Assembly (NCBI GenBank): GCA_964304625.1
Contig: OZ199838.1
Span: 7,675,466 to 7,739,465, forward strand
DNA: 64,000 nt
Source: Kudoa neothunni
Lineage: Eukaryota > Animalia > Cnidaria
Direction: 5' to 3'
Within the stretch, counting starts at the first letter, position 1, and each line of letters begins with the position of its first letter. The notes below the pieces were generated by a model that worked only from the letters and a program-made list of their open reading frames with translations, was not told where the DNA came from and searched no databases. The position numbers and the translations under genes are program-made. This document shows, in pieces, positions 37,121-49,688 of the stretch.

Positions 37121-38557
37121 TATATTATCCATTTTGTTTTTTATTATAATCGTGCATAACGAAATTAAGATTAGGCAAAAAATAGAAACTGGACACGTTT
37201 GTAATTTTCATTTTTAAAACCCCCGCCTGTAATTGCAAAAACTTCTTAATATTGCAAATCTTTTACTCCAAAATGTTTGAAAATTTATGGGGTTTAACGT
37301 AATTATTACTAAAAACGAAAGTTTCCAATAACAGTATACCGCAAATGTTCACCTCGGTGTGAAAAGGTGAAGGTTTCGTCTACGGAGAAAATTACTATCA
37401 AATAAAGTATATGGTTTCAAGGTATTTAAAATTATTCAATTATTAAAATAGAAAATGTTTGAAGCGGAAATAGTTGGATTGATTGCTTATCTGGTTAAGA
37501 TTTCGTTAACAAATATCAAATAGGTTTAACTTAGTGTTATTTATTTCTCATATTCATTGTGACTTGTATACAGCATTTCCCGATAATTTGATGACTAAAC
37601 TGTTGGAAAACTTAATATATATTAATAAAAGTAAGTAGATTGCCGTTTAATGGGGTTTCACAAGGAGTTATGGAATGAGCCACGTTATCATTTGTTTACA
37701 TAAAATAAGGTGAGTTAAATAAACAAAGTGATGTTAATTTTCTTCGATTATTTTGAAAACACAATTGAAAAACAAATACAATTTTCGAAAATTCTTGACA
37801 TGTCAATCATAGAAATGGCATAGATAAACAAGGATTTATATTTATCACGTAATTTTTTGTGTATAATATCACATTATCGCGAAAAACAGTCATTGTTTTC
37901 ATATACCCTTCAAATTAAAATATAAAACTTTAATCCGTGAAAACTAATGTTTTATGATTTAATTTAATAGCATTAAAGTAAACCGTACGTGATGGCACAA
38001 TGCGCAATAAAGCTAGGATAGTCAATGTCTATGTGGATTATTTTACAGCGTTACATCAACGATATAATCCTGAGTGATATATATTAAAAATACAATAAAT
38101 ACAATCTGGTTAGTCTTGCGTTCAGTTGTTTTGACAACAATTTAAGGTATATTTTAAGCTTAAGTAATCATGCTAATACTCATAGTCGGAACTATATAAA
38201 ATAGAGATAAACCAGAGAGAATTCACCGAAACAGAAAATTCAAGGTAATTTTTATATTAATATTTAGACAACGGGAGGCTATAATCATGTTTAATGCAAT
38301 GGTTTATTTAAACCGCTGTATTCAGAATACGTAGGATCATTAATGATAGCTAACCATTTTAAAATTTTGTTTTAATGATAACTTACCGGTATGTTTGAAA
38401 ACGCATGGTTGGTTGGTTGTCAGGCAACCTCCCGAGGATAACGTCAAATCTCTATATACATCGCCTGCGCCAGGGGGCTAATCGTTTAACTGTTTGTTGT
38501 GGTCCGCCTTTGAAACATTATTTTGGTTTCTAATATCGGATTTCAATCCATAAAATA

Positions 38558-40477
38558 ATGGATAGTGTCGCTAGAGGGAAACCTACATCTGAAATTTCGT
38601 ATGTAGATAGAATATTGAAAGAAGAAATGGAACGTGAGCCAACACAAATCATAAATAATGTATCGCCTAGTGCTGGGTCGAATTCTATGATTCCACCACA
38701 TCGATATCGTTTTCAACAACTAAAGTCTTATAATTCAAAAATCACAAAAAACGATGCTAATAAAGAAAGTAATGGTAGTTCAAGTACAGTGAAACCAACA
38801 GACCCTTCCTCCGATGATCAAACACCACAGCATCGCCCAGTTAAAACAAGAAGTATATGGTGTGGTGGTCCATTTTTTTGTGTACCTAAAAAAAATAAAC
38901 CGCACCTAAAAAAACCAACAAAAATTGGATCCACCAATGATCCACTATTATCAGCTGCTGATATGGACGATACATTTGCAACACATAAGAGTTCTAAATT
39001 GATTGATGAAGCTGTTGATATTCAGCATGGTTCAAAACAGAACAAACATTCAATAACGGGTATTTAGTTTTGTGATTATAATTTATGGACTATTTCATGT
39101 GTAGACGGGGCTGATAAAAAATTGCTTGCCAAGTCGTTGGATGAAAAAAGTCTTCAGATTGTTACTTTATTACAACAGATTGTATTTATTATAATGCACC
39201 TGTATAACTATAAATTTGAATTTAGGAGAGATTTAAAAATGAAAATAATAAACTGCTCGAAGAGTATAATAAATTGAAAGTTTCATCCGCGCAGCTACAA
39301 ACACATCTAAATGATGAAACGAAACAACAACATTCAAACCAAGTTAAAAAATTGGAAGATCGAATACAAGTATTTGTTAATTTCAAATATTCTTAAAAAT
39401 TATGAAATTTTTATGTAAAGACTGCAAATGAATCCATCAAAAAATATGTGGCGGATTTAGATGAGCACAAACAAACCATTACTGCGCTGGAAGAGAAACT
39501 AAAAATGTCTACTCTTACTGAAGATTTAATGTTTAAGAAAAAGTTAAAAGATTCTCAGAAGATTAAGGAACTAAAAGCTAAACATGAAAATGAGATTTCG
39601 GAACTTCAAACCCAAATCGAAGTAAATACTAAAAATAATTGGGCTTAGCTGTAATTGCTCCTAAGATGCTAAGATCTAAAATCGACGAACAATCTTCAAT
39701 TTACTCATCTTCTTATCAAAAATTGAGTTCGGTTTTTGATAGCTGTAAAAATTTTAATGATGAAAATACCGAACTACATGGAGATCTTGAATACACTATT
39801 AATATGATTGAATCATTTCTTGTTGGATATCAAGAAGAAAGCGAGTCTCTTAAACAACAATCGACAAAAAACAATGAGATAATTGATAATCTTGAGAATC
39901 GATTGAAAGAAAAGTCATCACTTATCGACGAAATAACCAACTTATTTGGAGAGTTTTCTCTCGAAAAACCAGAATCTTCTAATTCACATTGGATTCAATG
40001 CTTTAGAGAAAAGTTGCGAAAAGTCAACGATGACAGCAATCATTATTCCAAAAAAGATTATCCCACACTTGAATCAAAAACTAATGGTAAAATTTATGAT
40101 CATTAATTTTTTAAAAGTTGAATGATATGATCTTTTGTAAAATTATAATTTATGAGGTTTTCAATATAAATTAACCTTTTAAGATTTCAAATTTTTTATT
40201 TTACATTTTTGGCTAAAGTGAACGTATTTGATGGCAAAATTTAGTTGAATCTATAGATGATCAGGGAGTTAAGCATGTCGTTTCACCATTTGTCGATGAA
40301 ATTCTTGAAAAACTGAACAATCTAGAGAATCTTGATGATACACAAGATCAAATTTCGTTAACTGTTGCATCCAGTTCTAACGAAGAGATTACCCCAAAGA
40401 AATCATTCGAGTTGGAAGCGGTTTCGGTTGAAAAAATTTCTAAACTTTCAAGTCAAACAGATCAAGACCAAATTTAA
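38558..40477 (+). CDS. Unrecognised ~520-aa protein with disordered N-terminus and long coiled coil, 6 exons
   Basis: Introns 39060-39104, 39182-39225, 39370-39420, 39622-39665 and 40087-40256 (all GT-AG) join one open frame rich in E/K/Q/L heptads. Confidence 0.8.
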
Positions 40478-41016
40478 TTGTTTGTATTCTGAGCCGTTAA
40501 AAGTGGACTTAATTGTAGTTTCAACTCAAATACTTTTTAAATTTTCACCTAACAATAAATGTTCCTTTTCAATTTATTGACTAGTCGTTTATTTACTTGT
40601 TGTGCCATTGGCGAATGAAATATGTGTAATTAAGAGGGATAGGGAAACATGTTTTATTTTAGGGAAATATAATAACTATGTTATTATAATAATTGGGATT
40701 ATGTCAACATTTAAAAATATTCTGGATAGTCTAATACAAAACTCTAAAACTCAAAATCAGACTCGCACTCCTTTTGTACGATGATTGGGCCCCAAATTTA
40801 ATCAGTGAGGCCCCAGAAATATTTTAAAATGAATATAATTAATCAAGTAAATAATGATTATATATTTTTAGGTTTTCTGACAATTATATTGTATACTTCT
40901 CGTTTAATATCCGGTTGATGTTATTATTTAGTTCAACCTTGATATTTCAAATAATGTCTTAAACCAGACAACTGAGAGAGGCAATTTAGAACGGAATCAA
41001 TTCTTATGCTCTATAG

Positions 41017-41612
41017 CAGGGGTCGGCGACGACCGGCCCGCGGACCAAATTTGGCCCGGGAGCTTTCCTCGTCCGGCCCGCAAGGGATGTCATTGATAAA
41101 GTTAGTTTTTTTGAAGGTGCTTATATAATTTCCCCAACTTTTAATGTCGATCTCTTCAGCATATAAATAAGCTTAATAGCAATGTAAACTATGTTACTTA
41201 AATATTATTCTCTTTTTTTAACATAAAAGAGCTTAAAAAAATAAAGATTAAAATTTTTCCCCCACCAAATTCCTTACTTATTTTTACTGATTGTACGATA
41301 TTAGTTTTATTGTAGCTAATGGAAACGTTTAATTATTGCTCTTTACGATTTAGAACCATAATTTGAATATATAAACGTTTAAATTCAGCACCAAAAATAT
41401 CAGGTAAATTATGAAATAAAAAATTGTATAAAACCAGTAATTCCCACATAAAAATATATTCTTTTAAATTTCAAAATATAAATTTACTAATCCAATTTTC
41501 AATTGTATTGTGAAAAATTTATTACATCTACTGGATTTAAATGTATTCTGGCCTGCCTCCCAGTTTGAAATGGTTATCCGGCCCGGCAACCCTATTAGGT
41601 TGCCGGGCCCTG
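41017..41612. mobile_element. hAT (Charlie/Buster-type) MITE, 596 bp
   Basis: CAGGG termini, perfect 8-bp TSD CTCTATAG, subterminal GGCCCG repeats. Confidence 0.93.
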
Positions 41613-42103
41613 CTCTATAGTCATATTTACGAAACTTGTCATCTCAATGACAGTTACCGTTACTTATATAATCACTAATATTGGCGACGTTTTCAATATT
41701 GTTTCCGTCCCATACCTTCGCTAGTTTTTGAAAAACTTTGTTATTTCATGTTTCTGTTTTAATGTCCTAACTCAATTTTTATTTCTGTCTTCCATTTCGC
41801 CACTAGTCGAAGACGAAAACCTCAACGCACCTGAAAAGTTACGAACCACACGTCACTACAAAATAGTCCATATGAAGCGTAATTAATTAATTAATTTAAA
41901 AATATTTTATTTATATTGTTAACGGTCAAATAAATGTTTTTAAATAGCTAAAAAAATAAATAACTTATTATCATCTTATATGTACGTTAATTTTGTAACA
42001 TTTTCTCAAATTACGAACTACACGTCACCCATTGTAGTTGAAAAAAATTTTAGTATAATTATTTCATTTGAGCTAAATTGCAATATTAATCTATATCCTA
42101 TTA

Positions 42104-44071
42104 CAGAGGTCTCCAAACTTTTTTTCGTCGACCCCATCGAGAAATGTTCTTAAAAATACTAGTATTTGCAAGTTTTCTATCCGAAAAAACAAAAATATCT
42201 GTAACGTAACCCATTAATATTCTATTTCTAATATACATATATATATATATATAATATAGAATTATAACGCTCGAAAAAGTATCTTTATTAGCAATGTAAC
42301 GTTAAAATCTATTGGAAAAATTTCAGATTTGCGAAAATTTAGACATATATTTATAATCAGATCATAGCACAAAAAAACAATTATAATAACCAATTTACCA
42401 TGAAATAAATGGGCATTGAAAAGTGTTTAGTATACCTATTTATTAGAACAGTTACAAAAAAATAACTAAGATGACAAATGTACAACCTACATCATGAGAT
42501 CTATTCACTGAGTTTAATGAGAAGAATGCACTTGGTGAGCCGCTACCAGACTCTTAATGTCTGGTTGAAAATTTGTTAGTTTCAGCCTCAAATCTCCACG
42601 AGTTTCAAGGTTAATCCGGTTCCTTTGCTTTGTCAAAATTGCGTTCGCATGACTAAAACCAACTTCAACCATATAGGAGGATGGAAACGCTATTAGATAA
42701 TATTCAGCCGCGTCAGAAAGCCTGGGATACTTGGTGATAATATTTATATTACTCCAATATTCACTGAGGTTCATCTTTATAAACAATACTTTAGCTTCTA
42801 AATCTACGGACATTTCAATGAGTTCATCTTCTATATCGGATTTATATCCATTATTATACATTTTCACATTAAATGGAGTGATAAGCCACTCAGGAATATT
42901 CATGTTCTCCAAATCTTCATTTAGTTTATTAAGATGCTCAATGTATATCCACAAATCATGATCCGATATATCTTTTGATTCTGTTAATACTTGCATATTT
43001 GAAAAATATTTGAACTGTCTACGTGCCAGCGAAGATTTAAATAGTCCTACTTTTGTTTGAAATCCCATAAGTATGGTTCGAGCTTGAATAATCGTAACTC
43101 CTTTTCCTTGCAGACGTTTTTGTATTTCATTACATTTAGAATATAAATCAGCTAAATAGAACAGATGATTTTTGGTTGATTGCAACTCGCGGCATAATAT
43201 TAGGTCGATGTCAGTTAGAAATTCTTTGGTTGAGTCATAAAAATCAACGAGCCTTTGCAAACTATCCCCTCTAGACAACCATCTTATTCCAATGTGTAAA
43301 ATCAATTGATCGTAAGTTTCATCATTTGTTTCACACAACCTTGAAAACAGTCTGGCGTTTACCGGGTGAGCTTTAATCCTGTTGATTTCTCTAATACACA
43401 CTTTTAAAGCATCATGTAATTCACCACTCAGCTTCTTCGCTACAAGGTGTTGCTTATGTAAGATACAATGCACGGTTTTCACTGCAGGTATCTTTTCCTT
43501 AATAAAAGCCGAAAATCCTCTATAACGACCTATCATAGCTGGCGCACCGTCAGTAGCCACCGCTAAAATATTTTCAAGGGGAACATTGTGTTTATTCAAA
43601 TAGCCCTCCAAACATGAAAAAACAGTCTCACTTTTGGAGTCAATTTCAAGGTAACTAGCAAATAGGAATTCGTCAATAGTATCTCCAAGGGATGGACTAT
43701 TAAACCTCACATAAGCCATTGGAATACTTGAACTTCCAAATGTTGATTCGTCGAGTTGAATAGCAAATTTACATATATTGAGCTCAGATATTGTTCCTTC
43801 TACATCGTTTGCCATTTCTTCAATGTGTCGCCGCACAGAATTTGCGCTCAACGGTATGCATTTAAAAACTGGAGGAGGGTCTTTCTTTAAAACACATTCA
43901 ATCGCATCTTTAATTGCATGTACTATAATATCTTCTCCAATAATATATGGTTTCCCTTTTTTTGCTATATTAAGAGAGATACTGTACGATGACTTTAGCC
44001 CTCCTTCATTATCAACACTAGTAGTTGGTTTAAAAAGAGAATTCATGTTTGGCTGAACTTTCCATTTATCT
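42104..44071 (-). mobile_element. hAT Buster/Charlie transposon, 5'-truncated; 510-aa open transposase ORF 42514..44046
   Basis: Terminus CAGAGGTCTCCAAACT at 42104. LDEST, TDGAPAM, HCILH, RWLSRG, SSYMVEVGFS and C-terminal GDLRLKLT, as in ZBED5/ZBED8-type proteins. Confidence 0.93.
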
Positions 44072-44075
44072 TTAA

Positions 44076-44250
44076 CCCTCGAAGGACGGTGCTCGGAAAA
44101 ATTCCTTAGGGGGCGGTGGGGGTCCAGCCAGACCCCAGCAATTTTAGACTTTTTTTAAAGCTAATGCCATAAAATTTTACTATTATTGGAAATTTATTTT
44201 AAAGTTTCCTAAGGGTTATGTTAAAATTAAAAATAATTCTAGATTCAGAA
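44076..44250. mobile_element. Isolated piggyBac end
   Basis: TTAA, then CCCTCGAAGGACGG and the subterminal palindrome GGGGTC..GACCCC. No partner end found; inner boundary approximate. Confidence 0.6.
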
Positions 44251-44824
44251 AAAAACGTAGCAAGTCCACCGATTAAATAATGCCTAGGTTCAAGTCAGCA
44301 TGCAATCTAAAATAGGCTGACGACAAGAAAGATATCATATCATCGTGTTTAAAAGCAGTTGATAATAAAGAAACAGATTTTAAAATGTATTCGGGAAAAA
44401 TATCCACATCTCATCCATGGCGCCCTTGAACCACGAGCTTCCGAAGATTTTCACTAATCGCACCATTGTAATAAAACTGATTAATCCTAATCTCATATTC
44501 ACTACTCATCTCTTAGAATTCCGGCTGTAAAATAAATTACATTGTGAATCAATTATTTAATTCTAACCATCGAGAATTATTTCATATTCATACTTTCTGC
44601 TTCAAACAGAGTTAGTAGTACCTTTAGTAAGCCCAAGTCAAATTTTAGTTCGAAAACTTTGCCCATTATTGTGATAATTTAAAAAACAAAACCCTCTATA
44701 TTTAATTGACTTCTATGATTGGGGGTAGAGTTGTCGAAAATCATATTATTAATGAATGTTATCCTTATATATTTATGTTCCCCTAAAACATGCAAATCAT
44801 AAAATGTTACATAAACTAACAAAA

Positions 44825-45648
44825 CTTCGGAAAAATAGACACACTCCGGAAAACATCGTAAAGTTAAAATATATTATTGTTAATCATTATATATTTAAAT
44901 AACGTTGATAATTCGTTGCCGAAATATTTTTTCCGATGCATAAAATCAGCCACGTAATGAGGAAGAGTCTCTGGGTTTTTATTCGTTGCGTTCCGATATT
45001 TACGCTTAAAAGCCCCCCAGGTAGCTTCGATTTTGTTAGTATGTATTCCCTCAGAGGTAACAAACCTCCTTCGATGGATAACTACCCCATGTACAAACCC
45101 CAACTCTGTCAAGCTATTATATCCTTTCCAACCCCCCATCCAAATGATCGACTCTTCTTCGACGTTGTCAACGATAATTCTTTCAAGAATGTCTTTATTT
45201 CTTCGCTGAGTTATGTGCAAAAAACAATTTCCATTCTCGCCGATACCGCCAACCATCCAATGCTGTTGATTACGAAGAATCCTTCCAACGTTGTGTTTTC
45301 TTTTAGATATGGCGGTCTCGTCTATTTGAACGATAACTCCACGTCCGCCAATTTTTGAAAATTCCTCATCTAATTTAGAGGCCATAAAATCATAAATTAC
45401 ATTTTTACATTCACATATGGTAGAATTGGAAGATATTCGAACATGTTTTCGAATTTCCTCATAAGTCATGGATGGGTGTTGAATTATCGAAACGATAAAT
45501 ATGAAGATCTTCCACAACGGAAGTCTAGATATTTCAAAAATTGTTCCCTTTCGAATCGATATCTTTTTTCTGCATAAAGTGCATTTACACTGATATCCAT
45601 CATCAGTATCCTTTCTTTTAGCCAAGAAATTTTGACCACCACACAAAC
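44825..45648 (-). mobile_element. Merlin/ISXO2 transposase, 5'-truncated by a Helitron-like end
   Basis: ORF 44864..45724: CTLC..SIRKGTIFE, VQIDET, KRKHNVGR, WMVGGI, HTNKIEATW. The second catalytic D is lost (IWMGGW). Confidence 0.92.
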
Positions 45649-45649
45649 G

Positions 45650-45950
45650 TCCTTTATATATATAAAAGAGGACTGTCGGTATGTTTGTGTGCGTGTATGC
45701 CCCTAAGTACGCATGTGCGGACAATTTTTTCCTTATAGAGAGTCATATATAAAATTTTTATAATTTTGTGATATTTAAAAAAATCGTCTAATTTTTTTGG
45801 ACTACTTAAGTTTCCAACAAGTACTTATGAAATAGTGATTTTGTCGATTTAAAGTTGTGTATCGGATTACATGAGTTCAGCTATAGGATTAGCGCTTGCT
45901 TATGTCATGGTGATGGTCGGTTGAAGTTAACTATCTCCCTTATATACTCT
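45650..45950 (+). mobile_element. Helitron-like 5' end upstream of the family A copy
   Basis: TCCTTTATATATATAAAAGAGGACTGTCGGTATGTTTGTGTG resembles Helitron 5' termini, including the one at 28678. Confidence 0.5.
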
Positions 45951-45954
45951 ATCA

Positions 45955-46822
45955 TATGTTCATGAACTGCTTCTATCTATCTTTATGTATAAGGTTGGCG
46001 TTTCTATTTTGGTGTCTGTTTAAACACACTCCTTATTCGTGGGGCTTTAACGTATATGACTTGATAAGTATATTTTATAAGTTCTATTAATGGTTTTCAA
46101 TGTGATAAAAAATCTATATATGTTTCACAAATAACGAATTCGTGGAGAACGTTAAAGTTACGTTGATTGAAGCGTTATAATGGAAATACTGCGTTCATAG
46201 GTCTCAATAAATTGTCCGCAAAGTTTTACTTTACGTGATTAAGTTCAATGCGGATGGTTGTACTTTTATTTCACCAAATTATTTAAATTGTTTATGTTGA
46301 AATCGACATAATTTGTGGCTGTTTATGATAAAAGCGCATGTATGTTTATGCCGAGCTAAACGATGCTAATTTTAGCAATGTCGATTAATTTTCATAAGTT
46401 TTCTTCTATCTCTTTTATTTTTTCTATTTTTTTTATCTCTTAAAAAGTTAGTGGTGCACCCAGTTACCGATCCAGGCTAGGATTCGACATTTAAAATCCT
46501 CCGGGCCAAAAAATAACGTTTTAGATAACACTTTAATGGGATTTAAATAATTCGGAATGAAAAAAATACGACGCTGACCTAAACTTGTTTAGCGTTGATG
46601 CCGAGCCACGAAATTTTTAAATTGACGCAGGGATCGATACTTTCCTTCACAGAAATTATCATAATTTAAATTGCATAATCCAAATCGTTACAGTAAGTTT
46701 CTTAAAAATTTTAGTTATTTTGTTTTTATGGGTCAATTCGAGATTTCATTATATTTTTTGAATGCTATTAAACCCCCTCTAGGCGAAATCTTCCCCAAGC
46801 AACGCTGGGCAGTTCGCGCTAG
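45955..46822 (+). mobile_element. Non-autonomous Helitron family A, longest copy
   Basis: Homologous to the 31750 and 9210 copies. Hairpin plus CTAG|T at 46819-23. Confidence 0.85.
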
Positions 46823-46839
46823 TTACTAATAAAAATGAA

Positions 46840-47820
46840 GAGTCATTACATGACTTCATTTCGGATTATATATTCCGTAAAAAATATAGACGTATCGAGC
46901 TTAGTGCTGTCTTTAAAGAAATAATGAATAATTATTTAATATAATTTATTGGTCTGTTTTCGTGAATTCGCCTGCAAATTTCCGGCTTGCGTCCCGTTTT
47001 GTAAAGAATAGCCAAAGATTCTACTATTGATAAATATTTATTCAAATGTCCAATGTGTAAAAAAAATTCAATTAGAAGAGGGACATTTCCGAGGGTTCCA
47101 AAGTAATTCTATGGCAAATCTTTGCATTGATGTATATAGAATTCAATGACATCCACATGTCGCATCCACAGCTGTCGAAACAACTGCAAACAGGTTCTGG
47201 CAGTACTATTTGTGGCTGGAGGAATTTTATCAGAGAAGTTTATATCGACGAATTTGATTTATATGATGAAATAATCGGAGAACATGCAATGGTAGTCCAA
47301 ATTGATGGATCACAGATTTGTAAACGTAAGTATCACCGTGGATGAGTTTCGATAAATCAAAACATATGGATGGTTGGTGGTATAGACTCATATGGTAATA
47401 TATTTCAAGTGCTAACCACCATTCGAAATCGACCTACACTTGAATATATAATAATTCGAAATGTTCATCCTGGGTCAATTCTTTGGACAGACTGGCTGGA
47501 CTGGTTACAACGACCTGGGTATTATTTACTATAGTCATGAGACCATAAATCACTCGGTTGAATTTAAGACACAGGAAAGTGTGCATACCCACCGTATCCA
47601 AGCAAGTTGGGATGCAAGAAAAGAAAATACCGACATATAACTCATAAAAAGTTGGAATTAATTGGTTCCTTTCTCAGAGTACCACATTAAGAAAAAATTC
47701 CAGAAAAATACATTTTCGATGTATATAAAAACAATTAATGAAATTTATTTACATTAAAATTAGTTTATGGTTTAAATTTGGTTTTATTCGCCGGGGAACC
47801 CGAACATATCCGAGGAATTC
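46840..47820 (+). mobile_element. Merlin/ISXO2 transposase pseudogene
   Basis: FKCPMC..SIRRGTF, VVQIDGSQICKRKYHRG, WMVGGID, ILWTD and HT motifs across frames. Boundaries approximate. Confidence 0.85.
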
Positions 47821-47965
47821 AACTGAACTGTAAAATAGGCAATAAATCAATTGAACTTGATCCTACAGAAGGTTAAAAATATAGTTATCAGGGCATATTT
47901 TTCTGAAAATCATCATACAGATTCAGTTTTACTAAATCGAACAAGCGCGATTAATTGCGAGCAAT

Positions 47966-49639
47966 ATGTCTTTAGCCGATGAGTTCCTGGCTGATTTAGA
48001 GGAGGAGAATAACGAAGAAGACTTTAAAGAAATAATTAATGAAGTTGTTAACAATGAAACCAATTCGAAATCTAGAGAACTTGCAGAGGTTGACAAGATT
48101 AACACTTCTGACTTCGGAAACAAAAAGTCCATACGTTATTTAACCAGATTGATCGGTAGCGAACGCCTGAACAGTATAACAGAAGCTATTCGATATTCAA
48201 AGTATTAATTAGAAATTTGTAATATCTAATATATGCTAGTGACAATGAATCCGATGTATCTGAAAGTCAACTGAGCAAGGAATATGAACTAATTGTTAAA
48301 GCAAATCAAATTATGGTTGATATAGAGAATGAAATAAACATCATTCATAAATATCTCCGAGATATTTATTCCAAACGTTTTCCAGAGTTGGAGTCACTCG
48401 TTACGAGTGCAATATGATTACATTCAAACTGTTCATTTTCTTGGTAATATGACGGATGGTGCAAAAGTAGATGATATAGAGTTTCTCACACCTGCGCTTA
48501 AGATGGTTGTAAGTGTTACAGTTTCCACCACGATTGGACATCCTCTTTCTACTGATGAGATTGCATTGGTAGATGAAGCTTGTCAAATGGCTGCAGACCT
48601 TTCGCTCAACAGAGTATTGTATTATTGAGGTAGATCAATACTTTATTAGTTTTAGGCCCTCTTATTTGAATACATCCAGTCAAGAATGATTTTTATCGCT
48701 CCTAACCTAACTCATATGATTGGACCTAGTCTGGCTGCTCAACTTATTGGCTCAGCAGGAGGATTATATGCATTAGCTAAGATGCCTGCTTGTAACACCC
48801 AACTTGTTGGTGCGAGCAGGACAAATTCTTCTGGATTTTCTTCCTTGAGCACTCTACCTCATACTGGAATTTTTATATCATTCAGAGTTTATCCAGGTAC
48901 GCTATGAATTGGCGATTCATTGTGACCATTTGATTTTAGAAACTGCCTTTATTTTTGAGAAAAAAAGCCACGCGTATTCTTGCTTCAAAATGTACCCTGG
49001 CTGTCCGAATGGATCAGCAGAGAGAACATAAAGATGGCAGTTTTGGTGATAAGCTTATTGATGAGATCAATGCAAAAATTGAAAAATCACTTGAGCCTCC
49101 ACCAGTTAAAGTTGTTAAAGCTTTACCTCGACCCGACGATTTCCCTAAACGAAGACGCGGTGGTAAGCGCCAACGAAGAAATAAAGAGCGTACCGGTCTT
49201 ACCGAGCTTAGGAAACAAGCGAACACTATAAAATTCGGTCAAATACAAGAAGATGTATACCAAACAGCGGTTGGATTTGGAGTCGGTGCGATCGGTCAAG
49301 TGGGTACTGGTAAAATTAGAAATGCGCAACTCGACAATAAAACAAAAGTTTCTCTTAGCAAACGTTTGCAAGTAATTAGATTCTTTACATTGATGAAAAT
49401 ATTATTGTTTAATTTAGAAAAATTTGGCCACCATGAACTCTACATTAGGTACAAAATCAAGCATGCGATCACAGATCTCTGGAACTGCCTCAACTGTCGC
49501 CTACACACCAATGAAGGGAATTGAAATCGTTAATCCTCAAGCAGCTGACACTTCTATGACTAATGGTACCGCCACTGTCAGATACTTTTCTAGTTCGAGT
49601 GGCTTCAAAAGCACGCTTCCGAAGCCCATAATTATGTAG
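47966..49639 (+). CDS. PRPF31: U4/U6 snRNP protein Prp31, 5 exons, with two apparent +1 frameshifts
   Basis: MSLADEFLADLEE, YSKRFPELESLV, IAPNL..AGGL..LAKMPACN, KCTLAVRMD, KRRRGGKR, LTELRKQAN, SGTASTVAYTPMKGIEIVNP. Introns 48202-239, 48614-655, 48897-939, 49373-417. Confidence 0.95.
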
Positions 49640-49688
49640 TTGTTTATTTTATTGTACTCTGGAATTCATTTTGTGTCTCTCATCTATA

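Noticed and set aside
37300-38410. Minus-strand spliced gene divergent from 38558, or a C/D snoRNA near 37989-38073
   Set aside because: Intron-like GT..AG stretches exist, but the candidate exon has stops in all frames and the C box is imperfect. Cannot be supported without RNA data.
38378-38510. U1 snRNA (ACTTACC motif followed by a GC-richer stretch)
   Set aside because: No GATCACG, ATTGCAC or Sm site. More likely promoter sequence or a minus-strand splice donor.
41839-42030. Direct repeat TTACGAAC(C/T)ACACGTCAC as a CRISPR-like or regulatory array
   Set aside because: Only two copies about 170 bp apart in a eukaryotic TE context; probably a TE subterminal repeat.
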